A stretch of 63,822 bases of DNA, the filler included. It is 12 parts of 12 records of this genome, joined end to end, with 100 filler letters (N's around TTAATTAATTAA, not from the genome) between each part and the next. Parts side by side here need not be neighbours in the genome. Positions count along the whole stretch, not along the records: positions 42,451 to 50,025 come from SRR11831586_764; positions 50,126 to 54,860 come from SRR11831586_769; positions 54,961 to 57,250 come from SRR11831586_776; positions 57,351 to 60,153 come from SRR11831586_780; 8 more parts are not named here. The stretch is one strand, 5' to 3'. Below are positions 48,296 through 60,253 of the stretch, piece by piece (position 1 is the stretch's first letter; each line of letters opens with the position of its first letter). The translations under genes were made by a program, and so were the position numbers. The notes beneath the pieces were generated by a model that worked only from the letters and a program-made list of their open reading frames with translations, had not been told where the DNA came from and made no database searches.

Positions 48296-49699
48296 GTGTC
48301 ACTTTCGCTTTGGCAGCAGTGTCTTGCCCGATTGCAGGATGAGTTACCAGCCACAGAATTCAGTATGTGGATACGCCCATTGCAGGCGGAACTGAGCGAT
48401 AACACGCTGGCCCTGTACGCGCCAAACCGTTTTGTCCTCGATTGGGTACGGGACAAGTACCTTAATAATATCAATGGACTGCTAACCAGTTTCTGCGGAG
48501 CGGATGCCCCACAGCTGCGTTTTGAAGTCGGCACCAAACCGGTGACGCAAACGCCACAAGCGGCAGTGACGAGCAACGTCGCGGCCCCTGCACAGGTGGC
48601 GCAAACGCAGCCGCAACGTGCTGCGCCTTCTACGCGCTCAGGTTGGGATAACGTCCCGGCCCCGGCAGAACCGACCTATCGTTCTAACGTAAACGTCAAA
48701 CACACGTTTGATAACTTCGTTGAAGGTAAATCTAACCAACTGGCGCGCGCGGCGGCTCGCCAGGTGGCGGATAACCCTGGCGGTGCCTATAACCCGTTGT
48801 TCCTTTATGGCGGCACGGGTCTGGGTAAAACTCACCTGCTGCATGCGGTGGGTAACGGCATTATGGCGCGCAAGCCGAATGCCAAAGTGGTTTATATGCA
48901 CTCCGAGCGCTTTGTTCAGGACATGGTTAAAGCCCTGCAAAACAACGCGATCGAAGAGTTTAAACGCTACTACCGTTCCGTAGATGCACTGCTGATCGAC
49001 GATATTCAGTTTTTTGCTAATAAAGAACGATCTCAGGAAGAGTTTTTCCACACCTTCAACGCCCTGCTGGAAGGTAATCAACAGATCATTCTCACCTCGG
49101 ATCGCTATCCGAAAGAGATCAACGGCGTTGAGGATCGTTTGAAATCCCGCTTCGGTTGGGGACTGACTGTGGCGATCGAACCGCCAGAGCTGGAAACCCG
49201 TGTGGCGATCCTGATGAAAAAGGCCGACGAAAACGACATTCGTTTGCCGGGCGAAGTGGCGTTCTTTATCGCCAAGCGTCTACGATCTAACGTACGTGAG
49301 CTGGAAGGGGCGCTGAACCGCGTCATTGCCAATGCCAACTTTACCGGACGGGCGATCACCATCGACTTCGTGCGTGAGGCGCTGCGCGACTTGCTGGCAT
49401 TGCAGGAAAAACTGGTCACCATCGACAATATTCAGAAGACGGTGGCGGAGTACTACAAGATCAAAGTCGCGGATCTCCTTTCCAAGCGTCGATCCCGCTC
49501 GGTGGCGCGTCCGCGCCAGATGGCGATGGCGCTGGCGAAAGAGCTGACTAACCACAGTCTGCCGGAGATTGGCGATGCGTTTGGTGGCCGTGACCACACG
49601 ACGGTGCTTCATGCCTGCCGTAAGATCGAGCAGTTGCGTGAAGAGAGCCACGATATCAAAGAAGATTTTTCAAATTTAATCAGAACATTGTCATCGTAA
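48296..49699 (+). CDS. dnaA: Chromosomal replication initiator DnaA
   Basis: GTG start, [10 protein letters not shown]...GGTGLGKT...[11 protein letters not shown], 467 aa. Confidence 0.99.
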
Positions 49700-49703
49700 A
49701 CCT

Positions 49704-50025
49704 ATGAAATTTACCGTAGAACGTGAGCATTTATTAAAACCGCTACAACAGGTGAGCGGTCCGTTAGGTGGTCGTCCTACGCTACCGATTCTCGGTAATC
49801 TGCTGTTACAGGTTGCTGACGGTACGTTGTCGCTGACCGGTACTGATCTCGAGATGGAAATGGTGGCACGTGTTGCGCTGGTTCAGCCACACGAGCCAGG
49901 AGCGACGACCGTTCCGGCGCGCAAATTCTTTGATATCTGCCGTGGTCTGCCTGAAGGCGCGGAAATTGCCGTGCAGCTGGAAGGTGAACGGATGCTGGTA
50001 CGCTCCGGGCGTAGCCGTTTTTCGC
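49704..50025 (+). CDS. dnaN: DNA polymerase III beta clamp, N-terminal part
   Basis: MKFTVEREHLLKPLQQV...; cut by the gap. Confidence 0.98.
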
Positions 50026-50125
50026 NNNNNNNNNNNNNNNNNNNNNNNNNNNNNNNNNNNNNNNNNNNNTTAATTAATTAANNNNNNNNNNNNNNNNNNN
50101 NNNNNNNNNNNNNNNNNNNNNNNNN
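50026..50125. other. Artificial contig spacer 8
   Basis: 44N-TTAATTAATTAA-44N. Confidence 0.99.
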
Positions 50126-50484
<359 letters not shown>

Positions 50485-51729
50485 TTAACACAAGCGTTTT
50501 TCGATCCAGTCGGTGATTTCCTGAAGACCTTTGTCAAAATTCCGATACACCGGGTTAAATGGGATCTCTAATAATTTACCGTCAGCAGATGATGAGGTGA
50601 TTAAGCGTGAGTCCTCTTCCGGGCTGAACGGATCGTTCTTCCAGTAGCCTGATAACATTGGCGTTGGGCAGCGACGTCCCAGCAATCCTTGCACTTTTAA
50701 TGAATAGCGATTCAGCTCCACGCGCAACGCTTCATCGGAAGCATCATGCATCCCCAAACGACTGGCCAGAACGTCAAGATACATTTCCGGCACCTGTTGC
50801 TGGCACTTAAAATCACTCAACAGGGTATGAACTACCGGACCAAGACAGGCAACCGCTTTCAGACGCGGCGATTCAAGGTATGCCAGACGCACGGCAACGT
50901 TAGCGCCGAAACGGAAACCAAAGGCCGCGACGCGAGTGTGATCCACCCACGGTACGTTAGGCAGCGCCTTTAAGACGTGCTGATGCAACAGGCTGGAGTC
51001 CTGGGTGAGCTTCCATTTTGAAGAAAAGCCCACCGACGGCATATCAATAGTCAGCATCGCAATGCCGCGCGGCGCAAAATAACGTTCATACAGGCTGTAA
51101 TAGTCCGTCTGCATCGCATCCAGACCACCACACATTAATACCGTCGGGAACGGGCCATCGCCTTTCGGCATATGCAAAAAGCCGGTGATGGGCGCACCGC
51201 CGGGTACGGTAAACTCCATCTGCCGCATCGTGCCCGGTAGACGCTGAGCGGCCTCTTCATAGGCGCGGTTTGACAAAGCCTGCGCTTGCTCGGCCAGGTC
51301 ATCTCCTTTCAGATGAGGATAGGCGGCAATGTTGTACAACGTAGCCGCATGCAGCCAGTGACGACCACTGAGTTGCGGATCGTCTTCCGCACAGGCTTTT
51401 TGTTGCCACACCATCGCCTGGGTGGCCCACTCATAAATCCAGTTGCCGCCACGGTAGCCAATCACCGTATCGTATAAATCATCGTCGGTACGTTCGGCAT
51501 CGCTCATCACAATACGTGCCTGGACGTCGAGGATTTCGCGTGGGTCAATGCCGCGCCAGATCCACATCAGACGGTTAATCATGCGATACCAGTGAGGGAT
51601 GGTTTTACCATCAAGGGCCGACTGCACAGGCGGTTGTGCGCCGTGATTAAAGCGGCGGACTAGCGTCGAGGTTTCAGGATGTTTAAAGCGGGGTTTGAAC
51701 AGGGTTTCGCTCAGGTTTGCCTGTGTCAT
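50485..51729 (-). CDS. frsA: Esterase / fermentation-respiration switch protein FrsA
   Basis: 414 aa alpha/beta hydrolase (GFRFG) between gpt and crl. Confidence 0.96.
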
Positions 51730-51820
51730 GGATGCAGCCTCCAGAATACTTACTGGAAACTATTGTAACCCGCCTGAAGTTAAAAAGAACAACGCCCGGC
51801 AGTGCCAGGCGTTGAAAAGA

Positions 51821-52279
51821 TTAGCGACCGGAGATTGGCGGGACGAATACGACGCCCATATCCCACGGCTGTTCAATCCAGGTATCTTGCGGGATATCAA
51901 CAACATAGTCATCAACCAGCGGACGACCAGCCGGTTTTGCGAAGATGGTGACAAAGTGCGCTTTTGGATACATTTCACGAATCGCAACCGCAGTACCACC
52001 GGTATCCACCAGGTCATCAATAACGATGAAGCCTTCGCCATCGCCTTCTGCGCGTTTCAGCACTTTAAGCTCGCGCTGGTTGTCGTGATCGTAGCTGGAA
52101 ATACAAACGGTATCGACATGACGAATACCCAGTTCACGCGCCAGTAACGCACCCGGTACCAGACCGCCACGGCTTACGGCAATAATGCCTTTCCATTGTT
52201 CAGAAGGCATCAGTCGGCTTGCGAGTTTACGTGCATGGATCTGCAACATGTCCCAGGTGACGATGTATTTTTCGCTCAT
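51821..52279 (-). CDS. gpt: Xanthine-guanine phosphoribosyltransferase
   Basis: [17 protein letters not shown] motif, 152 aa. Confidence 0.98.
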
Positions 52280-52539
52280 GTGAAGTGTCCCAGCCTGTTT
52301 ATCTACGGCTTAAAAAGTGTTCGAGGGGAAAATAGGTTGCGCGAGATTATAGAGATCTGGCGCACTAAAAACCAGTATTTCACATGAGTCCGCGTCTTTT
52401 TACGCACTGCCTCTCCCTGACGCGGGATAAAGTGGTATTCTCAAACATATCTCGCAAGCCTGTCTTGTGTTGACAACATTTTCTGCTAACCCTGTGACCT
52501 GCAATACTGTTTTGCGGGTGATCGACAAGGAGACTTAAC

Positions 52540-53997
52540 GTGTCTGAACTGTCTCAATTATCTCCACAGCCGCTGTGGGATATTTTTGCCAAAATCTGTT
52601 CTATTCCTCACCCGTCCTATCATGAAGAGCAACTCGCTGAATACATTGTTGGTTGGGCAAAAGAGAAAGGTTTCCATGTCGAACGCGATCAGGTAGGTAA
52701 TATCCTGATTCGTAAACCTGCTACCGCAGGTATGGAAAATCGTAAACCGGTCGTCTTACAGGCCCACCTCGATATGGTGCCGCAGAAAAATAACGACACC
52801 GTGCATGACTTCACGAAAGATCCTATCCAGCCTTATATTGATGGCGAATGGGTTAAAGCGCGCGGCACCACGCTGGGTGCGGATAACGGCATTGGTATGG
52901 CCTCTGCGCTGGCGGTTCTGGCTGACGAAAACGTGGTTCACGGCCCGCTGGAAGTGCTGCTGACCATGACCGAAGAAGCCGGTATGGACGGTGCGTTCGG
53001 CTTACAGGGCAACTGGTTGCAGGCTGATATTCTGATTAACACCGACTCCGAAGAAGAAGGTGAAATCTACATGGGTTGTGCGGGGGGTATCGACTTCACC
53101 TCCAACCTGCATTTAGATCGTGAAGCGGTTCCAGCTGGTTTTGAAACCTTCAAGTTAACCTTAAAAGGTCTGAAAGGCGGTCACTCCGGCGGGGAAATCC
53201 ACGTTGGGCTGGGTAATGCCAACAAACTGCTGGTGCGCTTCCTGGCGGGTCATGCGGAAGAACTGGATCTGCGCCTTATCGATTTCAACGGCGGCACACT
53301 GCGTAACGCCATCCCGCGTGAAGCCTTTGCGACCATTGCTGTCGCAGCTGATAAAGTCGACGTCCTGAAATCTCTGGTGAATACCTATCAGGAGATCCTG
53401 AAAAACGAGCTGGCAGAAAAAGAGAAAAATCTGGCCTTGTTGCTGGACTCTGTAGCGAACGATAAAGCTGCCCTGATTGCGAAATCTCGCGATACCTTTA
53501 TTCGTCTGCTGAACGCCACCCCGAACGGTGTGATTCGTAACTCCGATGTAGCCAAAGGTGTGGTTGAAACCTCCCTGAACGTCGGTGTGGTGACCATGAC
53601 TGACAATAACGTAGAAATTCACTGCCTGATCCGTTCACTGATCGACAGCGGTAAAGACTACGTGGTGAGCATGCTGGATTCGCTGGGTAAACTGGCTGGC
53701 GCGAAAACCGAAGCGAAAGGCGCATATCCTGGCTGGCAGCCGGACGCTAATTCTCCGGTGATGCATCTGGTACGTGAAACCTATCAGCGCCTGTTCAACA
53801 AGACGCCGAACATCCAGATTATCCACGCGGGCCTGGAATGTGGTCTGTTCAAAAAACCGTATCCGGAAATGGACATGGTTTCTATCGGGCCAACTATCAC
53901 CGGTCCACACTCTCCGGATGAGCAAGTTCACATCGAAAGCGTAGGTCATTACTGGACACTGCTGACTGAACTGCTGAAAGAAATTCCGGCGAAGTAA
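52540..53997 (+). CDS. pepD: Peptidase D (M20 family)
   Basis: QAHLDMV, GADNG, TEEAG and HAGLECG motifs; GTG start; 485 aa. Confidence 0.98.
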   Translation: MSELSQLSPQPLWDIFAKICSIPHPSYHEEQLAEYIVGWAKEKGFHVERDQVGNILIRKPATAGMENRKPVVLQAHLDMVPQKNNDTVHDFTKDPIQPYIDGEWVKARGTTLGADNGIGMASALAVLADENVVHGPLEVLLTMTEEAGMDGAFGLQGNWLQADILINTDSEEEGEIYMGCAGGIDFTSNLHLDREAVPAGFETFKLTLKGLKGGHSGGEIHVGLGNANKLLVRFLAGHAEELDLRLIDFNGGTLRNAIPREAFATIAVAADKVDVLKSLVNTYQEILKNELAEKEKNLALLLDSVANDKAALIAKSRDTFIRLLNATPNGVIRNSDVAKGVVETSLNVGVVTMTDNNVEIHCLIRSLIDSGKDYVVSMLDSLGKLAGAKTEAKGAYPGWQPDANSPVMHLVRETYQRLFNKTPNIQIIHAGLECGLFKKPYPEMDMVSIGPTITGPHSPDEQVHIESVGHYWTLLTELLKEIPAK

Positions 53998-54010
53998 TTA
54001 TTTGATTTGC

Positions 54011-54040
54011 TGCCGGATGGCGTTTAATCGCCTTCCGGCA
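54011..54040. terminator. Hairpin between the convergent pepD and prfH
   Basis: tgccggatggcg-tttaat-cgccttccggca. Confidence 0.65.
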
Positions 54041-54053
54041 GTTTCATCCTTCA

Positions 54054-54577
54054 TTATCCTTCGATAAAAGCCATCCCTGTAAATGTCCGTCGCGGGTTGC
54101 CACGTTCAATCTGGTGATGGAACATTCGCCGCTGCGATTTCAGCGCCGCGCTATTTTCCTGTTGCTGTTGCTCCAGCTTCCAGGCAATCAGCAATCGTGC
54201 CAGCCGCTTGTTAGCATGCTGACTACGCTCTGACTGAACCTTCACGCTAATACCGGATGCCAAATGCGTGGCGCGTACCGCCGAGTCGGTTTTATTGACA
54301 TGTTGACCGCCCGGCCCCGACGAACGCAGCGTCTCATAACGGATTGCATCCGATTGTTCCTGCTCATCAGCGGTAAAACGCCCAATGCCCAGAAACCAGT
54401 TTTTGCGCCCATGATGAGGCCGATACGGACTCGGACAAATCCACTGAATAGTGCCACACCAGCTTTCGCTTAATGCCCATGCGTTATCGCCATCGAGAGA
54501 AACCAGCGCCGAACGCAGTGTGTCAGAGTAGCGGCCCGTTTCTGTTTCCAGCACCGTTACCGCGACGTCTTGCCGGG
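54054..54577 (-). pseudogene. prfH: Peptide chain release factor H, N-terminally deleted
   Basis: [20 protein letters not shown] (GGQ motif); begins abruptly at [12 protein letters not shown] without the usual N-terminus. Confidence 0.9.
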
Positions 54578-54789
54578 TAAAAACGACCAACAGAGAAGAA
54601 CGCTGCGCCAATCGGGTAGCCGCGTCCGGGGTGTAAATCTGGCATCCCCACTACGCGCTGCATGTTGGGTAAATTTGCCGTGGTGTGTAATTGTTGGATC
54701 GCTAAACTCTCGATCCACAGGTCATCAGATGCGATGGTAAATACCGCATCGGATAAGGGACGAATATATTTGCCCATGTACCATTCCAT
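54523..54789 (-). pseudogene. ykfJ: Truncated PrfH-coupled RtcB-family RNA ligase (ykfJ/rtcB2 remnant)
   Basis: [19 protein letters not shown]tcB N-terminal motif, then an out-of-frame run into prfH sequence. Confidence 0.88.
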
Positions 54790-54790
54790 T

Positions 54791-54860
54791 TATACTCGTC
54801 ATACTTCAAGTTGCATGTACTGCGACTGCGTTCGTTCACCCCAGTCACTTACTTATGTAA
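54791..54860. repeat. ERIC/IRU element (partial, cut by the gap)
   Basis: tatactcgtcatacttcaagttgcatgt...caccccagtcacttacttatgtaa matches one half of the ERIC consensus. Confidence 0.88.
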
Positions 54861-54960
54861 NNNNNNNNNNNNNNNNNNNNNNNNNNNNNNNNNNNNNNNN
54901 NNNNTTAATTAATTAANNNNNNNNNNNNNNNNNNNNNNNNNNNNNNNNNNNNNNNNNNNN
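54861..54960. other. Artificial contig spacer 9
   Basis: 44N-TTAATTAATTAA-44N. Confidence 0.99.
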
Positions 54961-54987
54961 ACACGCACACACACACACACACACACA
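54961..54987. repeat. (CA)n microsatellite at contig start (intronic)
   Basis: acacgcacacacacacacacacacaca. Confidence 0.85.
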
Positions 54988-55044
54988 GACGCACGGACAA
55001 ACACGTATAGACAAATCAAACATTCTCCTCCAACCTTTACATAC

Positions 55045-55937
55045 CGATACCGTGCTGCTGCCCACGGTCGAATGCGCCCTCGTATCTGTCCCCGTTACTG
55101 AACTGGTATTTGCCCTGTCCGTGTTGCAGCCCACCCATCCACTCACTGTAATCATGCACCACAGACGCAGACACAGACACAGACAGAGACACACATACAC
55201 AAGAAACACCGACAAATACACAGACACACACATACGATACACACAAAGATGTGAGTGAGAGAACGAGGGTGTGCTTGTGACGTGTGAGCACATGTATGTA
55301 TTGTGCGGACTAACGACACGGCATGGGCGTTATGCCGCCTCTACAATCTCCACAGCATGAAAAAAAGCTACGAAACAACACATACCCGTCGTAAGAATCC
55401 CCGTTTCGGTACGTGAGTGCGCCTTTCCCGTGTTTGACGCCGCCCCGCCACTCGCCACGGAATACAGTACCATCACTCGCGTAAATATAAACGCCAATAC
55501 CGTCTCTCAGGCCATTAACCCATGCACCCTATACACGCAGCACAACACAGACACACACACAGATAAAGACGAAGACAGGTGATAGATGCACACAACGATA
55601 CACCGGGTAAGTGACACAGAAATTGAGCAGATAACACAGAAGAATATTCAGACTTCCTGCACACTCCTTTGGACTTTGTCATTAGTCAGAAAGAACGTCA
55701 ACGACCGTACTGCGCCGATCAAACAATCTCATGCGCGCTCCACAGCTCCACAGCAGATTCGAACAACCACACCCATTCAACCGAACAACAAAAACGAACA
55801 ACAGCCAGCAAAACGTACCTCGTACGAATCTCCGGTCGCTAGCGTCATCTTGCCCTGTCCATGCCATCTCATATCCCTCATGTGACCCTTGTACACAGCG
55901 CCACTGTCGTAGTGCACCTCATGCTGTTCACCGATAA
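55045..55937 (-). CDS. MORN-repeat protein, internal exons (55937-55819, 55528-55386, 55145-55045); both ends unresolved
   Basis: Spliced frame YDSGAVYKGHMRDMRWHGQGKMTLATGDSYE|GAWVNGLRDGIGVYIYASDGTVFRGEWRGGVKHGKGALTYRNGDSYDG|EWMGGLQHGQGKYQFSNGDRYEGAFDRGQQHGIG gives five MORN units; GT-AG borders. Confidence 0.88.
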
Positions 55938-57250
55938 CTGCACACACACGGAAACACATGAGAAATGAAGGCAGCCGCAAAAACGACAGCACACTAGGCT
56001 AATGCGCGCGCGATGATGGGATACATTTTGATCAAGAACAAGGCGGAGAGAGTTGTAGAATGCTATGCGGGTACAACACAATATCATCGAAGATAATTGC
56101 CGAAGATAGTTCCGAATTATCTCCATTGGACCAAATGGGAATAACTGCACATGCAGTGGAAACGTACTAAGATGGGAGATTTCTTTCGCAATTGGCTTTC
56201 CCGAATCAGTGCGACTGATAGAGGGCGCTCTTGTTAACTCCATGACGTTACCGAGCGGTGCTTGATCGCAGAATCCGAAGGACACAAGACGACGCGTGAC
56301 ACTAAGAGAGAACACGCAACCACAGACGCTCCCAACTGCGTTGCGACGCTTGTGTGCTCGCAGATTCCAAGGCTGCACTCACAGGGGAGACCGCAGATTG
56401 TGTATCGTAAAAAGTCTTGTGCGGGCAGACTGACAAGTGCATGATCTTGCAAACCATCTTTCGCCCAGCCATTCTCCTCTTCTCACTTGCTGCGTGCCGG
56501 CGTATCTCCACTAAATAATCGGCGATCGAAAAGACCACCTGTGTTCCGACGGAGGTGTCCACGTGCTCTTCAGCGGCTACACCCACAAATTTGGGGTGTG
56601 CGCATTTGTATGGCGTTGCGAGCAACAGCACGCACACAAGGTAAGCGCTCGAGAGCCACAAACAGAGACGTACGGCTCGCAGACACGCTAACGCTAGGCG
56701 CGGTGGAAAATGCCCAACGGCCCGAGGTAGGTGTGAATCTGTGAACGATAAGGGGTAAAACGACAAAATTGCGCACGAGAATAATTGAAGGCTGTGCGAT
56801 TGTCATGAACCACCAGCAATCTATCTCTCGCATGTGTGGCTGAATCCACTGAATCGGTTTCATCGTCCCATCTCTTTGGTCTTCTGGGCGGCTGGTAGCG
56901 CACGTTCACGCGGCGTGCGTTTCCCAGAGAATGCAGAGAGTGTTTCAACACAGAGCGCCCGCTCGCGGTGAATGAGACAGAGAGAGACAGAGAGGGAGAA
57001 AGAATAATGAGAGCACACACCCAGAGCACAGATATCTCTCCATGTTTCAAACATATGCACCACTAGAGCATTACGCACACAGCCAACAAACCAACACTCA
57101 GCATAAACCCAACACGCGGTTGCAAAGCGAGAGGCACAAATTGCGAAGTGCATGTATGCCTCGATATATTGCTACCAATAATTATTATCACGCCGCAATA
57201 GCGACTACGCGTAGAGATACCGCCACAGACCGAGACCCCAACTTAGACCC

Positions 57251-57350
57251 NNNNNNNNNNNNNNNNNNNNNNNNNNNNNNNNNNNNNNNNNNNNTTAATT
57301 AATTAANNNNNNNNNNNNNNNNNNNNNNNNNNNNNNNNNNNNNNNNNNNN
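57251..57350. other. Artificial contig spacer 10
   Basis: 44N-TTAATTAATTAA-44N. Confidence 0.99.
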
Positions 57351-58137
57351 CTACATGCACGACAAGTACAGCTACGAAGCTTCGCTGATGGCGCTGCACG
57401 ATCGTGATGTCTATCGCACTATGGCATGCGGCATCGCGGGCCTGTCGGTGGCGACGGACTCCCTGTCTGCCATCAAATATGCCCGCGTGAAACCAATCCG
57501 TGACGAAAACGGCCTGGCGGTGGACTTTGAAATCGACGGTGAATATCCGCAGTACGGCAACAACGACGAGCGCGTAGACAGCATTGCCTGCGACCTGGTT
57601 GAACGCTTTATGAAGAAAATTAAAGCGCTGCCAACCTATCGCAACGCCGTCCCTACCCAGTCGATTCTGACTATCACTTCTAACGTGGTGTACGGCCAGA
57701 AAACCGGTAATACGCCGGACGGTCGTCGCGCCGGAACACCGTTCGCGCCGGGCGCTAACCCGATGCATGGTCGTGACCGCAAAGGTGCCGTGGCCTCATT
57801 GACGTCGGTGGCGAAACTGCCGTTCACCTACGCCAAAGATGGGATCTCGTACACCTTCTCAATCGTTCCTGCGGCGCTGGGCAAAGAAGATCCAGTACGT
57901 AAAACCAACCTTGTCGGCCTGCTGGATGGGTATTTCCACCACGAAGCGGATGTCGAAGGCGGTCAACACCTCAACGTCAACGTAATGAATCGGGAAATGC
58001 TGCTGGATGCCATCGAGCACCCGGAAAAATATCCTAACCTGACAATCCGTGTCTCTGGCTACGCCGTGCGCTTCAACGCACTGACCCGTGAACAGCAACA
58101 GGATGTTATTTCACGTACCTTTACCCAGGCGCTCTGA
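57351..58137 (+). CDS. tdcE: 2-ketobutyrate/pyruvate formate-lyase TdcE, C-terminal part
   Basis: Glycyl-radical motif [11 protein letters not shown]; followed by tdcF and tdcG. Confidence 0.95.
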
Positions 58138-58150
58138 CGCCGGAGGATGT

Positions 58151-58540
58151 ATGAAAAAGATTATCGAAACGCAACGTGCCCCAGGCGCAATCGGCCCTTA
58201 TGTTCAGGGCGTTGATTTAGGCAGCATGGTCTTCACCTCCGGGCAAATACCGGTTTGCCCACAGACCGGTGAGATCCCGGCTGATGTGCAAGATCAGGCG
58301 CGTTTAAGCCTCGAAAACGTCAAAGCGATCGTGGTTGCTGCCGGGCTGAGCGTGGGCGATATCATCAAGATGACCGTGTTTATCACCGATCTGAATGATT
58401 TTGCCACCATCAACGAAGTCTATAAGCAGTTCTTCGATGAGCATCAGGCGACCTATCCGACCCGGAGCTGTGTGCAGGTCGCGCGTTTGCCGAAAGATGT
58501 GAAGCTGGAAATTGAAGCCATCGCAGTACGTAGTGCGTAA
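58151..58540 (+). CDS. tdcF: RidA-family enamine/imine deaminase TdcF
   Basis: MKKIIETQRAPGAIGPY...YPTRSCVQVARLP, 129 aa. Confidence 0.96.
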   Translation: MKKIIETQRAPGAIGPYVQGVDLGSMVFTSGQIPVCPQTGEIPADVQDQARLSLENVKAIVVAAGLSVGDIIKMTVFITDLNDFATINEVYKQFFDEHQATYPTRSCVQVARLPKDVKLEIEAIAVRSA

Positions 58541-58611
58541 AGCCTCGTGAGCGGGACGGTCGTAAGGTCGTTCCGCTCCACTTCACTGAACGGCAATCCG
58601 AGGGTGTGGAT

Positions 58612-59976
58612 ATGATTAGTGCATTCGATATTTTCAAAATTGGGATTGGTCCCTCCAGTTCGCATACCGTGGGGCCAATGAATGCCGGAAAAAGTTTTAT
58701 TGATCGGCTGGAAAGTAGCGGCTTATTAACCGCGACGAGCCATATTGTGGTCGATCTGTACGGGTCGTTGTCACTGACGGGCAAAGGCCATGCCACGGAT
58801 GTCGCCATCATCATGGGACTGGCAGGAAACAGTCCGCAGGATGTTGTCATTGATGAGATCCCTGCATTTATAGAGTTAGTAACGCGCAGCGGGCGGCTGC
58901 CAGTGGCATCTGGTGCGCATATTGTTGATTTTCCTGTAGCAAAGAACATTATCTTCCATCCCGAAATGTTGCCTCGCTATGAGAACGGAATGCGGATCAC
59001 TGCCTGGAAGGGACAGGAAGAGCTATTAAGTAAAACCTATTACTCTGTCGGCGGCGGGTTTATTGTCGAAGAAGAACACTTCGGCCTGTCGCACGATGTC
59101 GAAACGTCCGTACCTTACGATTTCCACTCAGCAGGTGAACTGCTGAAAATGTGTGATTACAACGGCCTGTCTATATCTGGTCTGATGATGCACAACGAGC
59201 TAGCGCTGCGCAGCAAAGCGGAAATTGACGCCGGTTTTGCCCGTATCTGGCAAGTGATGCATGACGGTATTGAACGTGGGATGAACACTGAAGGCGTGCT
59301 GCCTGGTCCGCTCAATGTGCCGCGCCGTGCCGTAGCGCTGCGTCGTCAGCTGGTTTCCAGCGATAACATCTCTAACGATCCGATGAATGTCATCGACTGG
59401 ATCAACATGTACGCGCTGGCGGTTAGTGAAGAAAACGCAGCTGGCGGGCGCGTGGTAACGGCACCGACTAACGGTGCGTGCGGCATTATTCCGGCAGTAC
59501 TGGCTTATTACGATAAGTTCCGTCGTCCGGTAAACGAGCGGTCAATTGCCCGCTATTTTCTGGCCGCGGGGGCTATTGGCGCGCTGTATAAAATGAACGC
59601 CTCCATCTCTGGCGCGGAAGTCGGCTGTCAGGGGGAGATTGGCGTGGCCTGTTCAATGGCGGCGGCAGGGTTAACTGAACTACTGGGCGGCAGTCCGGCG
59701 CAGGTATGCAATGCGGCGGAAATCGCGATGGAGCATAACCTTGGGCTGACCTGCGATCCGGTTGCCGGACAGGTACAAATCCCGTGCATTGAACGTAATG
59801 CCATTAATGCCGTGAAAGCAGTAAACGCCGCGCGGATGGCGATGCGCCGCACCTCGGCACCGCGTGTTTCACTCGATAAAGTGATCGAGACGATGTATGA
59901 AACCGGCAAAGATATGAACGATAAATACCGCGAAACATCACGCGGAGGACTGGCCATTAAAGTGGTCTGCGGCTGA
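58612..59976 (+). CDS. tdcG: L-serine deaminase III
   Basis: [21 protein letters not shown] and GLTCDPV motifs, 454 aa. Confidence 0.96.
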   Translation: MISAFDIFKIGIGPSSSHTVGPMNAGKSFIDRLESSGLLTATSHIVVDLYGSLSLTGKGHATDVAIIMGLAGNSPQDVVIDEIPAFIELVTRSGRLPVASGAHIVDFPVAKNIIFHPEMLPRYENGMRITAWKGQEELLSKTYYSVGGGFIVEEEHFGLSHDVETSVPYDFHSAGELLKMCDYNGLSISGLMMHNELALRSKAEIDAGFARIWQVMHDGIERGMNTEGVLPGPLNVPRRAVALRRQLVSSDNISNDPMNVIDWINMYALAVSEENAAGGRVVTAPTNGACGIIPAVLAYYDKFRRPVNERSIARYFLAAGAIGALYKMNASISGAEVGCQGEIGVACSMAAAGLTELLGGSPAQVCNAAEIAMEHNLGLTCDPVAGQVQIPCIERNAINAVKAVNAARMAMRRTSAPRVSLDKVIETMYETGKDMNDKYRETSRGGLAIKVVCG

Positions 59977-59999
59977 CATTGCTGTCAGCTTTCATCCTT

Positions 60000-60026
60000 G
60001 GGTGCACAAATGTGCACCTTTTTTTT
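60000..60026 (+). terminator. Intrinsic terminator of the tdc operon
   Basis: ggtgcaca-aa-tgtgcacc followed by T8. Confidence 0.85.
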
Positions 60027-60153
60027 GTGATCTGCCGCAAATAGAGAATGAATATTCTCCTGCGATTAATTTAGTAGAAAATTCTTATCCATCTCCGTTA
60101 TTTCAAAGTCTTGATTGTGAAGATTTTCTCTGACCTCGCGCGTATCATTTCTT

Positions 60154-60253
60154 NNNNNNNNNNNNNNNNNNNNNNNNNNNNNNNNNNNNNNNNNNNNTTA
60201 ATTAATTAANNNNNNNNNNNNNNNNNNNNNNNNNNNNNNNNNNNNNNNNNNNN
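60154..60253. other. Artificial contig spacer 11
   Basis: 44N-TTAATTAATTAA-44N. Confidence 0.99.
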
